Below are positions 40,036-47,798 of a stretch of 64,000 bases of DNA, piece by piece. The translations under genes and the position numbers were made by a program. Origin of the DNA: Candidatus Latescibacterota bacterium (GTDB lineage Bacteria; Latescibacterota; UBA2968); contig OZ242311.1 in the NCBI GenBank assembly GCA_965207885.1, positions 4,384,001-4,448,000 on the forward strand, in the 5' to 3' direction. A model generated the notes under the pieces. The model had not been told where the DNA came from and ran no database searches. It saw nothing but the letters and a program-made list of their open reading frames with translations. The first letter of the stretch is position 1; each line of letters begins with the position of its first letter.

Positions 40036-41034
40036 TCACCCCATCAACGCATTATACCCCATCCCCATCACCTCCTTGACGTGTTCCAGTGTGCGTTGCC
40101 CTTCAATACGCGCCCTCGAACCGCCCAGATTCAAAATATCGCGCACCAGATCGGACTGTTCTTCAAAACCCTTGCGACGTATCCGAAACGGCGTCATAAA
40201 ATCATTCAGCACATCTGCCAACGCGCCTTTACACGTCGTACAGCCAACCGAACCACTGCGGCAGTCCCTTGCCACCTGCTCGGCATTCTCTTCATCAAAC
40301 ACCTCTCGATAGTGAAATGCCGAACACACACCGGGATTTCCCGGATCAGTTGCCCGCACCCGCCCCGGATCGGTAACCATATTCATCACCTTTGCCCGCA
40401 CAGACGTTTCTCTATCCGACAAATCAATAGCATTGCCGTAGCTCTTCCCCATCTTACTCTGACCATCTGTGCCCTTCAAGCGCGTGCCATAAACGCCATC
40501 GGGAATGGGAAACACCTCGCCATAAATCCGATTAAATCGCGCAGCCACTTCCTGCGCCAGTTCAATATGGGGTCTTTGATCTGGCCCCACCGGCACATAT
40601 CGCGGACGAAAAAGCAAAATATCCGCCGCCTGAGACACCGGATATCCCACAAACCCGTAAGGCACCCGATTCCCCAACCCCATCTTACCCATCTCTTCCT
40701 TAACCGTTGGATTCCGCAACAAACGCGGCAACGTCACCAAATTGGAAAAAATCATGGTTAACTCTGCCAGTTGCGGCACCTGTGATTGCAAAAAACAAAC
40801 GCTTTTTTTGGGATCAAATCCCGCCGCCAGATAATCCAGCACCATTTCTCTGACGTGATGCTCCAGATCTTCTGTCCGATCCCGATGCGTCGTCAGCGCC
40901 TGATAATCGGCAATCATAAAAAAACACTGAAACTCATCCTGCATCTCAAACCGATTCTTCAACGACCCGACATAATGCCCCAAATGCATTTTACCCGTCG
41001 GGCGATCACCTGTTAAAACAATTGTGCGACTCAT
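40036..41034 (-). CDS. trpS: Tryptophan--tRNA ligase
   Basis: TGDRPTG..HLGH (HIGH), YPVSQAADI, VPVG.DQ, KMGKS (KMSKS variant); SD AAGGA. Confidence 0.96.
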   Translation of the reverse strand: MSRTIVLTGDRPTGKMHLGHYVGSLKNRFEMQDEFQCFFMIADYQALTTHRDRTEDLEHHVREMVLDYLAAGFDPKKSVCFLQSQVPQLAELTMIFSNLVTLPRLLRNPTVKEEMGKMGLGNRVPYGFVGYPVSQAADILLFRPRYVPVGPDQRPHIELAQEVAARFNRIYGEVFPIPDGVYGTRLKGTDGQSKMGKSYGNAIDLSDRETSVRAKVMNMVTDPGRVRATDPGNPGVCSAFHYREVFDEENAEQVARDCRSGSVGCTTCKGALADVLNDFMTPFRIRRKGFEEQSDLVRDILNLGGSRARIEGQRTLEHVKEVMGMGYNALMG

Positions 41035-41225
41035 GTCTGTTCCTTTCTTTGAACTATTAAAAATCCATAATTTCCAAAAAAAAAGCGCGCCACCTTCCGG
41101 TAGCGCGCGGTGCAAGCAAACAAAGATCGCCAGATATCCGGTGGTGGACATACATCTCCCATTGCGCCTGTCCACCACCAGCGTCTGCCAACATTAAACA
41201 GCTCTGTCATCGCACTCAAAAACAT
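41031..41225 (-). CDS. Putative trpS leader peptide 2 (RRWWW), stop overlapping trpS start (ATGA)
   Basis: Three consecutive TGG codons (41172-41180) inside one arm of an 11-bp perfect inverted repeat; start 41225 or 41210. Confidence 0.65.
   Translation of the reverse strand: MFLSAMTELFNVGRRWWWTGAMGDVCPPPDIWRSLFACTARYRKVARFFFGNYGFLIVQRKEQT
41076..41108 (-). terminator. Intrinsic terminator/attenuator 2 of trpS leader
   Basis: GCGCGCUACC-GGAA-GGUGGCGCGC followed by U9. Confidence 0.85.
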
Positions 41226-41239
41226 CGCATACCTACTAC

Positions 41240-41272
41240 AAAAAAAACCGCCGTCAAAAAGCCGACGGCGGT
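41240..41272 (-). terminator. Intrinsic terminator/attenuator 1 of trpS leader
   Basis: ACCGCCGUC(GG)-loop-(UU)GACGGCGGU followed by a U run. Confidence 0.85.
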
Positions 41273-41303
41273 CAATTCAGAATTCTCAAATAAATACAAT
41301 CCG

Positions 41304-41414
41304 TCAGCAAACCCACACAGCGGCACGCCACCAACCACGGACGGTTTCAGACACACGGGGAGCCAGCACCCTATCGGGCGTCGCATCAGTCAAAATGTGA
41401 TCGCGCATAATCAT
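41304..41414 (-). CDS. Putative trpS leader peptide 1 (36 aa, ...RGWWRAAVWVC)
   Basis: SD GGGAG 6 nt before ATG; tandem Trp codons near C-terminus; stop lies in a segment complementary to the terminator 5' arm. Confidence 0.7.
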   Translation of the reverse strand: MIMRDHILTDATPDRVLAPRVSETVRGWWRAAVWVC

Positions 41415-41442
41415 AACAAACTCCCGTGAAATATCGCCAATG

Positions 41443-41471
41443 AAAATAACGACTTCCACACCTCGTGTCAA
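41443..41471 (-). promoter_or_regulatory. Sigma70-like promoter of trpS leader
   Basis: TTGACA-17bp-TATTTT; -35 overlaps the stop codon of the upstream gene. Confidence 0.7.
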
Positions 41472-41488
41472 GCCGTTTGCTCTTCTTT
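41443..41488. repeat. Direct repeat copy A (gene 3' end plus promoter)
   Basis: GTCAAGCCGTTTG(C)TCTTCTTT matches 44961-44982 at 21/22 nt; similarity extends over the promoter. Confidence 0.8.
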
Positions 41489-42952
41489 CCGCACAAACCG
41501 GAACGAGTACAGCTTTGCCGACCGCATCACGACGCGAAGCCGCAGCGGTCCTCGATCCGTGGGGATCCGGCGGCCAGCCCCCTGCCACGACACGCCTGCC
41601 TTGATTGCATTGGCGACAATCGTCTCGCACGTCTTCAGCGTGTAGCCTTCCACGGGGCGCCCCTCTTCGTCCTGCAGTTCGACCAGCAACCAGCCGCCCC
41701 CGCCACAATCCACATTCAATTCGAGCGCCTGGCCGTCGAACGCCAGCGGCGGTGTCACAAACTCTCCGCCAGAGAGAGACGCATCCGCCGAGATAAAACC
41801 ATCCCGCCTCAGGATCGCCCGGAACAGACCGGTGTTCCAACCGTCGCGCACCTCATCATTGTGCCGACTTCCCCTCCCCGAATAGTAGATCCACATCTCG
41901 GTCTCGGTAAGCACGGGCCAGACATTGGCCATCACCATACCACCCGATGGTCCCCCATCCAGCCCCCGGCGGATAAACGGCTCCCGGTCTCCCTGACGCG
42001 ACCATATGATCCCGTCACGGCTCGTGAGGAGCCGGACATCCATTGTGGCCGGGAAATCAGAGGCTTCCCAGTGGTAGTAAGCGGCGGGCATCATAAAGTA
42101 CGCATCATCCGCCTCGGGATGTTTGTAAACCGCGTTCGTGTAGTAGTCAACCTGCGGCCTGTCCATTGACCGGGGAGGCAGAGGGGCTTCCAGGTCCAGC
42201 GCATCTCCCTCCAGAACGATCAGCGTGGGCTGCGACCAGGTCTTAAAGTCGGGCGACGTGATCCGGCCAACGGACCGGTACCGCTTTCCGAGCTTCATTT
42301 CCGCCGCCTCGTCCCGTCGCTGGGTCTCGTGTACCCGCGTATAGCCGACGTAGAGGTCCAGGCTGTCATCCCAGAAAAAAACATTTTGAGTGTCGCACAT
42401 CTGGTTGGGCGGATTCGGCTGGCCCTCATCATACGTCCAATGGATCCCGTCGGGCGAATGCATGGCCCAAAGCCCCGGCAGAACACCGGCCTCGATCTCA
42501 TCATCCCTGGGATAGTACTTCGACCAGAGCCGGTAGCGCGAATCGGCGGGCGCGCGTTCGTCTATATAAACCGTCGCGCCCTGCATACTCTGACGCTCAT
42601 CCAGCGGGGCGACGATGTTGTTGGCGGTGCTACCCTGGAACGTGACGAGGTGCATCTCCGGCTTCTGCCAGGAGACCCCGTCTTCGGACTCCGCATAGCA
42701 GAGACGAACCGCCCCTTCCTGCGGACCTCCCGATTTCATCTGTGCGCCGTACCAGAGCCGGAAGTGCCGCTCCCCTTCCCGGATCACCGTGTTGTACGCC
42801 CCAATCCCGAGCTTCTCCCACGGCTTGTCCGCCCGGAGCACCGGCTCGGGGGACTGCAAAGGCGGATTCATACGGAGATTGACACCAGAGACTCGATCAA
42901 AGAAGCGCGCGTCAATGAAAAGCTGTTTCCGGCTCCCAACCTGGACGGCCAT
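41468..42952 (-). CDS. Hypothetical beta-propeller glycoside-hydrolase-like protein
   Basis: KQLFID, CYAESEDG..W.KP, S.DG..W Asp-box-like repeats, C-terminal LR.DGF...TPP...L.LN...LYSF domain; SD AGGAAGGAG. Confidence 0.65.
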   Translation of the reverse strand: MAVQVGSRKQLFIDARFFDRVSGVNLRMNPPLQSPEPVLRADKPWEKLGIGAYNTVIREGERHFRLWYGAQMKSGGPQEGAVRLCYAESEDGVSWQKPEMHLVTFQGSTANNIVAPLDERQSMQGATVYIDERAPADSRYRLWSKYYPRDDEIEAGVLPGLWAMHSPDGIHWTYDEGQPNPPNQMCDTQNVFFWDDSLDLYVGYTRVHETQRRDEAAEMKLGKRYRSVGRITSPDFKTWSQPTLIVLEGDALDLEAPLPPRSMDRPQVDYYTNAVYKHPEADDAYFMMPAAYYHWEASDFPATMDVRLLTSRDGIIWSRQGDREPFIRRGLDGGPSGGMVMANVWPVLTETEMWIYYSGRGSRHNDEVRDGWNTGLFRAILRRDGFISADASLSGGEFVTPPLAFDGQALELNVDCGGGGWLLVELQDEEGRPVEGYTLKTCETIVANAIKAGVSWQGAGRRIPTDRGPLRLRVVMRSAKLYSFRFVRKEEQTA

Positions 42953-43016
42953 GAGATACTCCTTCCTATTGTCGATGCCAACTACAAAAAGTTTGCCTGA
43001 TCCATCCTGTACATCC

Positions 43017-43964
43017 CTACTCACACGCAAGAGCGGCCAACAAAGCTTTGATATACCCGACTGAGTAGGCGAGCGCATGGGTATTGCCAGCAGGCCCATC
43101 TCCTTCAAGCGTCGGATAGTGATCGGGATTCAGACAGCCGTCGTAACCCACCCGCTTCAGTTCGCGCAGGATCTTGAACATGTTCATGTCCCCATCGTCG
43201 AGCAGGACCTCTTCGAACGCACCGGCAGTTGCAAAGCTCGCCCGTACATTTCGAAAGTGAACCTCGAAGAGACGTCCCTTTCGCCCGTAGTTGTGAATCT
43301 CGTCCAGGACGAGTGGGAGTCCTCCAGCCTCCGCGCGTGTCCCACAACAGTAGAGGTAACCGACACACGGGTTCGGAAAGGCATCGATCACCCGGTGGAA
43401 TCCCAGCCCGCCGAAGAGCGCATCCTGCGTCGGCGGATCGGAGGGATGCATCATCAGTCTGACGCCTGCGGCTTCCGCGACGGGTACGAGCCGTTCGTAA
43501 GCCGCACAGACACGTCCCCACCGCTGCTCCCGCACTGCTATGGCCGGCGGCTCGTCCCCTTCTGCGAGTGACAGACTATCCCCTCGAGCCAGGTATCCGC
43601 CACGGTGCGATGCCCGATAGTGTCCAATCATCCAGGGATCTGTGGAATAGTCGAAGTGCACCCGTCCGAGAGGATAGCCTGCTTCGCCAAGGACCTGGAC
43701 GGACTCGCACGCGACATCGAGCTCTTCCTCAGCCCCATCCTCTTCGTCCATGAACCGCTTCGATAGACCGGGCAAACTGATGCGATTCACCTGCAGACCC
43801 CAGGAATGAACCTGTTTCTTCATTTTCAGTGCCTCGTCCAGATCGAAAACGCCACGGTCATCGGTCGGCAATGGCAGGGCATCAACGCAATCGACGCCCA
43901 GCTGGGTTAGCTGGCGCAACGTCGCGTCGGACGGGTCTTGACACCAGGCAGCTACTTTGATCAT
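43017..43964 (-). CDS. Mannonate dehydratase (UxuA)-like protein
   Basis: LVPVAE.AGV.L..HP.DPP, HFRNV, F.E....DGD..M, PDH.P, AY.VGY motifs. Confidence 0.8.
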   Translation of the reverse strand: MIKVAAWCQDPSDATLRQLTQLGVDCVDALPLPTDDRGVFDLDEALKMKKQVHSWGLQVNRISLPGLSKRFMDEEDGAEEELDVACESVQVLGEAGYPLGRVHFDYSTDPWMIGHYRASHRGGYLARGDSLSLAEGDEPPAIAVREQRWGRVCAAYERLVPVAEAAGVRLMMHPSDPPTQDALFGGLGFHRVIDAFPNPCVGYLYCCGTRAEAGGLPLVLDEIHNYGRKGRLFEVHFRNVRASFATAGAFEEVLLDDGDMNMFKILRELKRVGYDGCLNPDHYPTLEGDGPAGNTHALAYSVGYIKALLAALACE

Positions 43965-44029
43965 GGGGAACCTCCAGGAAAAGAAGATGAACCAGGAACA
44001 GCGAGGAAAAAACGAATGTGGATGAAGCG

Positions 44030-44875
44030 CTACCCTCCTTCTGGATGGCGGCCGCCGAGCAATTGAAGCAGGCGATCGCTGGCAGACACCCGCGCATCTT
44101 CGGGAATGGGCACCCGGTTCATCCATCCAAACCGCCGGAACGCCCAGTCAACCGCGTACTGAGATTGCATCAGGTACCGCGTGCGATCGGACCTGTTCGG
44201 CGCCCCCCGGTGCCAGCACTGCGGATCCTGCACATAGATGTCTCCTGCCTTGCAGAAAACGGATACGGGACCTTGCCCCTCGAACTCTGGATTCTCCTGA
44301 CTGTTCGGATCCTTGCCCGAAAGGTGACTTCCGGGGACGTACTGTGTGGGCCCGTGTTCGATCCGCTCGATATCACTCAGCGCCATTTGCACGGTAATCC
44401 AGAGCACTGGCGGCCGAATCCGGGGATTGTGACGGGGCACACTCTCCGGGACGGGGAAGTGGACCGCACCATCCACGTGCCACCTTTCGATCGCCACGCC
44501 GGACTGGTTTCGCAGCACGTTCTGTCCACAGAACCGGCAATTGGGTCCGACGATCGCCTCAGCGAGGCTCAGGATCGGTTCCCGAAGAAGCATCTCCCTG
44601 AAAATTCCGTCCAGCGCGATCGTGTTTCGCAGGATAAAAGGTTGATCCCCCTCGCCGTGCATTTGCACGTAGCGGCGGTCGTGCAAGCCGAGGTCTTCCT
44701 CTTCCGCAAGCAGGGGATCGTCGAGAAGCGCATCCGTTCGGTCTCGCAGCGCCTGCATTTCACCTGCTTCGAGCACACCGGGGATATGCGCGAAACCGTC
44801 TCTGTGGAATCGGTCGATGATCTCCCGGGTGGTCTCTTCTCCGAAAGGCTCGCCGGATTGGATCGGACTCGACAA
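44030..44875 (-). CDS. Phytanoyl-CoA dioxygenase (PhyH) family protein
   Basis: F.RDGF, WHVD, GPT.YVPGSH, WHRG.PN.SD..R. Confidence 0.88.
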   Translation of the reverse strand: MSSPIQSGEPFGEETTREIIDRFHRDGFAHIPGVLEAGEMQALRDRTDALLDDPLLAEEEDLGLHDRRYVQMHGEGDQPFILRNTIALDGIFREMLLREPILSLAEAIVGPNCRFCGQNVLRNQSGVAIERWHVDGAVHFPVPESVPRHNPRIRPPVLWITVQMALSDIERIEHGPTQYVPGSHLSGKDPNSQENPEFEGQGPVSVFCKAGDIYVQDPQCWHRGAPNRSDRTRYLMQSQYAVDWAFRRFGWMNRVPIPEDARVSASDRLLQLLGGRHPEGG

Positions 44876-44936
44876 TGGAATCCTCCTTGAGATGGTCCGG
44901 AAGGACGTTAGAACACCTCTCTAATGTATCATCAAA

Positions 44937-44982
44937 AAAATAGCGACTCCAAAAACTCACGTCAAGCCGTTTGATCTTCTTT
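44937..44982. repeat. Direct repeat copy B (gene 3' end plus promoter TTGACG-17-TATTTT, minus strand)
   Basis: Aligns without gaps to 41443-41488 at offset 3494. Confidence 0.8.
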
Positions 44983-45384
44983 TTTCTCTACTACGCGCTC
45001 CCCATAAGACAATTCACACGTCCCCGTATCGCACGCCACGCGACCTGAAAGGTGGCGATATCGCGCAATCAGCGCATATCCCGCCCGAAAAACGAGATGC
45101 AAAACCGGCACGCGGTACAACCAGGCAAACAGATGGAAAGGCGGCAGCCTGCGATAGATTTGATACACGGCATCCGCACCCACGTAAATATCCTCTTTTC
45201 CCACCACCAGACGCATACCCGTATTGAAATCCGACGACGCCAGCTTTGGAAAATGGTCTTCAATCCCCTGCGTCTGCCTGGGCAAATAATCAAACTGACT
45301 GCGTTTGTCTTTCTTTTTCATACGGCGAACGCTCCAAATACAAAAACGACATTCGCCATCATATACAACAATCGGTTTTTCCAT
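44962..45384 (-). CDS. DCC1-like thiol-disulfide oxidoreductase (DUF393)
   Basis: YDGECRFC (DGxCxxC), G.DA, Y..IA..R; SD GGAGG. Confidence 0.88.
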   Translation of the reverse strand: MEKPIVVYDGECRFCIWSVRRMKKKDKRSQFDYLPRQTQGIEDHFPKLASSDFNTGMRLVVGKEDIYVGADAVYQIYRRLPPFHLFAWLYRVPVLHLVFRAGYALIARYRHLSGRVACDTGTCELSYGERVVEKKEDQTA

Positions 45385-45403
45385 CACGCCTCCGCGAAAA
45401 AAC

Positions 45404-46594
45404 CTAACTCCTCGGATAAAACACATCCACCAGAGTCTCCACATCATCCCATGCACACAAAAATCGCTCTTCAAATCCGCGATGGATATTGTGCTCAACC
45501 TCTGTCTCGTCGGGCAGCGGGAACACAATCGTCTCTCGATCGGCCTCAATTGACGCATTCACCGCCAGACTCATCTCCTGATCCAACCGCCCCATCGCAG
45601 CACCGTAATCCGGCTCGCGATCTTCTCGAACAGCATTGGCAATACTCAACAACTCATCTGCCACAGCCACTTGCCCTTCACTCAGCGCATAGTTTGCAAA
45701 TGGATTCTCCCACGCAATCGCACCGCCGGGCAACTCATAGCGAATCTCGCGCAACACATTTACCCCATCTACTGTTTCCGTCACGCGCACGGGTTCATAA
45801 GCCACACCCTGTGCGCCGGTTTCCAATTCGTCCTTTGGCACAACATACACATTGCCATCCACAATGCTGCCCGCTGTCCCGTCAATCTCATCCATACCCG
45901 CTTGCTTGCGCCCGAGTGAACGCGCGTGAATCACATTGGAATACACCATCAGCGCGGCCACATCATTATCAAATTCCAAAAAACTCAAACTCCATCTTTC
46001 CAACTCGTGATGCCGCTTCATGCGATCTATATGCGGAATCACGGGCGTTGTATGGCTCAACCCAATCACCTGCCTGGGATTGCCACCGGCCAACACGCGC
46101 AACAAACTCATCCCGTGATACCCACCCTCGTGGCATATCCGATAGATCCGTCCAATCTCTCCGATAACATCTGATACGAGTACCTTCTTCTTTAACCGCT
46201 CAATCGGCGCGCGATAATAATTCTCGGCGACCTCCAGATAAACGCCCGCATCTCGCGCAGCTCGAATCATCATATCTGATGCCGGTCGAGTCATAGCAAT
46301 GGGGGTCTCCACAACCTGATGCACACCTGCTTGCGCCAAAAAACAGCAAATCGCATGGTGTGCCACACCTGGCACTACCACATCGGCAACATCGATATCT
46401 TCATTATCGACCAGGTCCCGCACACTCGTATAAGCCTTTACCCCGTGTTCTGCTGCCAAACTCTGGGCTGTTTCCTCATCCTTATCGCAAATGGCGACAA
46501 AGTCAAAAACATCTGCCAACTGCACAATCACAGGCAAATGCGCCCCTGCGCCGCGCCGCCCGGCACCCACAAGTGCAATTTTGAGACGATCCAT
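45404..46594 (-). CDS. Gfo/Idh/MocA family oxidoreductase
   Basis: KIALVGAG..G, ETP, AENY, GYHG. Confidence 0.85.
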   Translation of the reverse strand: MDRLKIALVGAGRRGAGAHLPVIVQLADVFDFVAICDKDEETAQSLAAEHGVKAYTSVRDLVDNEDIDVADVVVPGVAHHAICCFLAQAGVHQVVETPIAMTRPASDMMIRAARDAGVYLEVAENYYRAPIERLKKKVLVSDVIGEIGRIYRICHEGGYHGMSLLRVLAGGNPRQVIGLSHTTPVIPHIDRMKRHHELERWSLSFLEFDNDVAALMVYSNVIHARSLGRKQAGMDEIDGTAGSIVDGNVYVVPKDELETGAQGVAYEPVRVTETVDGVNVLREIRYELPGGAIAWENPFANYALSEGQVAVADELLSIANAVREDREPDYGAAMGRLDQEMSLAVNASIEADRETIVFPLPDETEVEHNIHRGFEERFLCAWDDVETLVDVFYPRS

Positions 46595-46726
46595 AACATC
46601 CCTCCAATAGAAATGGTGTTTTCGCCATTCTGCCAATGGTCTAACATCAATCTGCTTGCGGAATTTTTATCTTAACCTATCTTTGCGATAAATCAAACAA
46701 TAATCAACACAAAAGAGGAGCAGGTC

Positions 46727-47143
46727 ATGTCGCAAAACAAAACCATTGGGGGTGGGGGCTTTCACCATGTTGCAATTCGCGCCCACGACTTTGAAGCATC
46801 CGTAAAATTTTATACTGAAGCGATGGGATTTCAAAAAAAAATCTCCTGGGGTGAAGGCAAAAGACGCGCCATCATGCTCGACACTGGGGATGGAAATTAC
46901 CTCGAAATTTTCGCCAATGGCACAGATGAACCCAAACCGGAAGGGTCCATCATCCACTTTGCTCTGCGCACCAGCGATTGCGACGCCGCCATTGAACGCG
47001 CCAGAGCAGCCGGGGCCGAAGTCACCATAGAACCCAAAAGCCTCGAAATCCCCAGCGAACCCCACAAAACCCCTGTACGCATCGCCTTTTGCAAAGGTCC
47101 CGACGGCGAAATCATCGAATTTTTTCAAAACGAATTGACTTGA
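46727..47143 (+). CDS. VOC/glyoxalase family protein
   Basis: HHVAI, S..FY...GF, HFAL, GPDGE.IE. Confidence 0.9.
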   Translation: MSQNKTIGGGGFHHVAIRAHDFEASVKFYTEAMGFQKKISWGEGKRRAIMLDTGDGNYLEIFANGTDEPKPEGSIIHFALRTSDCDAAIERARAAGAEVTIEPKSLEIPSEPHKTPVRIAFCKGPDGEIIEFFQNELT

Positions 47144-47231
47144 TCGATTGTCTGAGGAACCTCGCTTTGTCCCCAAACGTCTTACACGGGACATCACAGC
47201 CATTTACACCTGCCGGGGAAAAGGAAAAATC

Positions 47232-47654
47232 ATGAACAAAATTATACCTGTTTTGTGTCTGATATTCGCAATCGCCGCATGCGGTGACGACAATCCTGCC
47301 GATTCGGGCCAACCCGTCGTCAATCAAACATTTAATCTGCCGAGCGGAACAAGTGAAGACTTTAGCTTTACCATTGACACAGATATACAGCAAAACGTCA
47401 TTCTTCAAGGCGAATTTAGCGTTGAAAATGGCAGTGTTCAGATGGCTGTTGTGACCGAATCCGAGTATCAAATCTGGCGAGCAGGGAGCACGCCCACCGT
47501 GATTTATAGCACGGACATAGTATCTGAAGATACCTTTAGCTTTTCCATTGATGACAGTGACACCTACTACATCGTTTTTCTCAACAATGGACCAGATACC
47601 GTAACAGTCAACGCAGAAATTTTCCTGCTCAGTACCGCTGAACAAGAGATTTAG
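47232..47654 (+). CDS. Acidic beta-sandwich lipoprotein, unknown function
   Basis: Lipobox IAAC after hydrophobic signal; TYYIVF.N strand motif. Confidence 0.65.
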   Translation: MNKIIPVLCLIFAIAACGDDNPADSGQPVVNQTFNLPSGTSEDFSFTIDTDIQQNVILQGEFSVENGSVQMAVVTESEYQIWRAGSTPTVIYSTDIVSEDTFSFSIDDSDTYYIVFLNNGPDTVTVNAEIFLLSTAEQEI

Positions 47655-47729
47655 ACTACCCCCAAAAATGCCCGTCTGTGCTTATCAGATATGCGGTGCC
47701 TGAAACGCATATCTATCCCAATTTTCCGA

Positions 47730-47758
47730 TTGACGAGACAAGAAGAACAAGTTATAAT
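47730..47758 (+). promoter_or_regulatory. Sigma70-like promoter of frd operon
   Basis: TTGACG-17bp-TATAAT. Confidence 0.75.
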
Positions 47759-47798
47759 TACTCCTATTCATTATCAATCACAGTTAAACGAGGTATTT

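Noticed and set aside
41035-41440. T-box riboswitch upstream of trpS
   Set aside because: No GGTGGNACCGCG T-box consensus before either terminator (only a partial ACCGCG) and no recognisable stem I; Trp-codon leader ORFs explain the structure better.
41304-41840. 178-aa minus-strand ORF as a real protein
   Set aside because: Most of it overlaps the propeller gene out of frame; only the last 36 codons, with their own promoter and SD, are credible (leader 1).
44018-44890. 290-aa plus-strand ORF
   Set aside because: Antisense to the well-supported PhyH gene in GC-rich DNA.
45052-46167. 371-aa plus-strand ORF
   Set aside because: Antisense shadow of the oxidoreductase and DCC1-like genes; no recognisable motifs.
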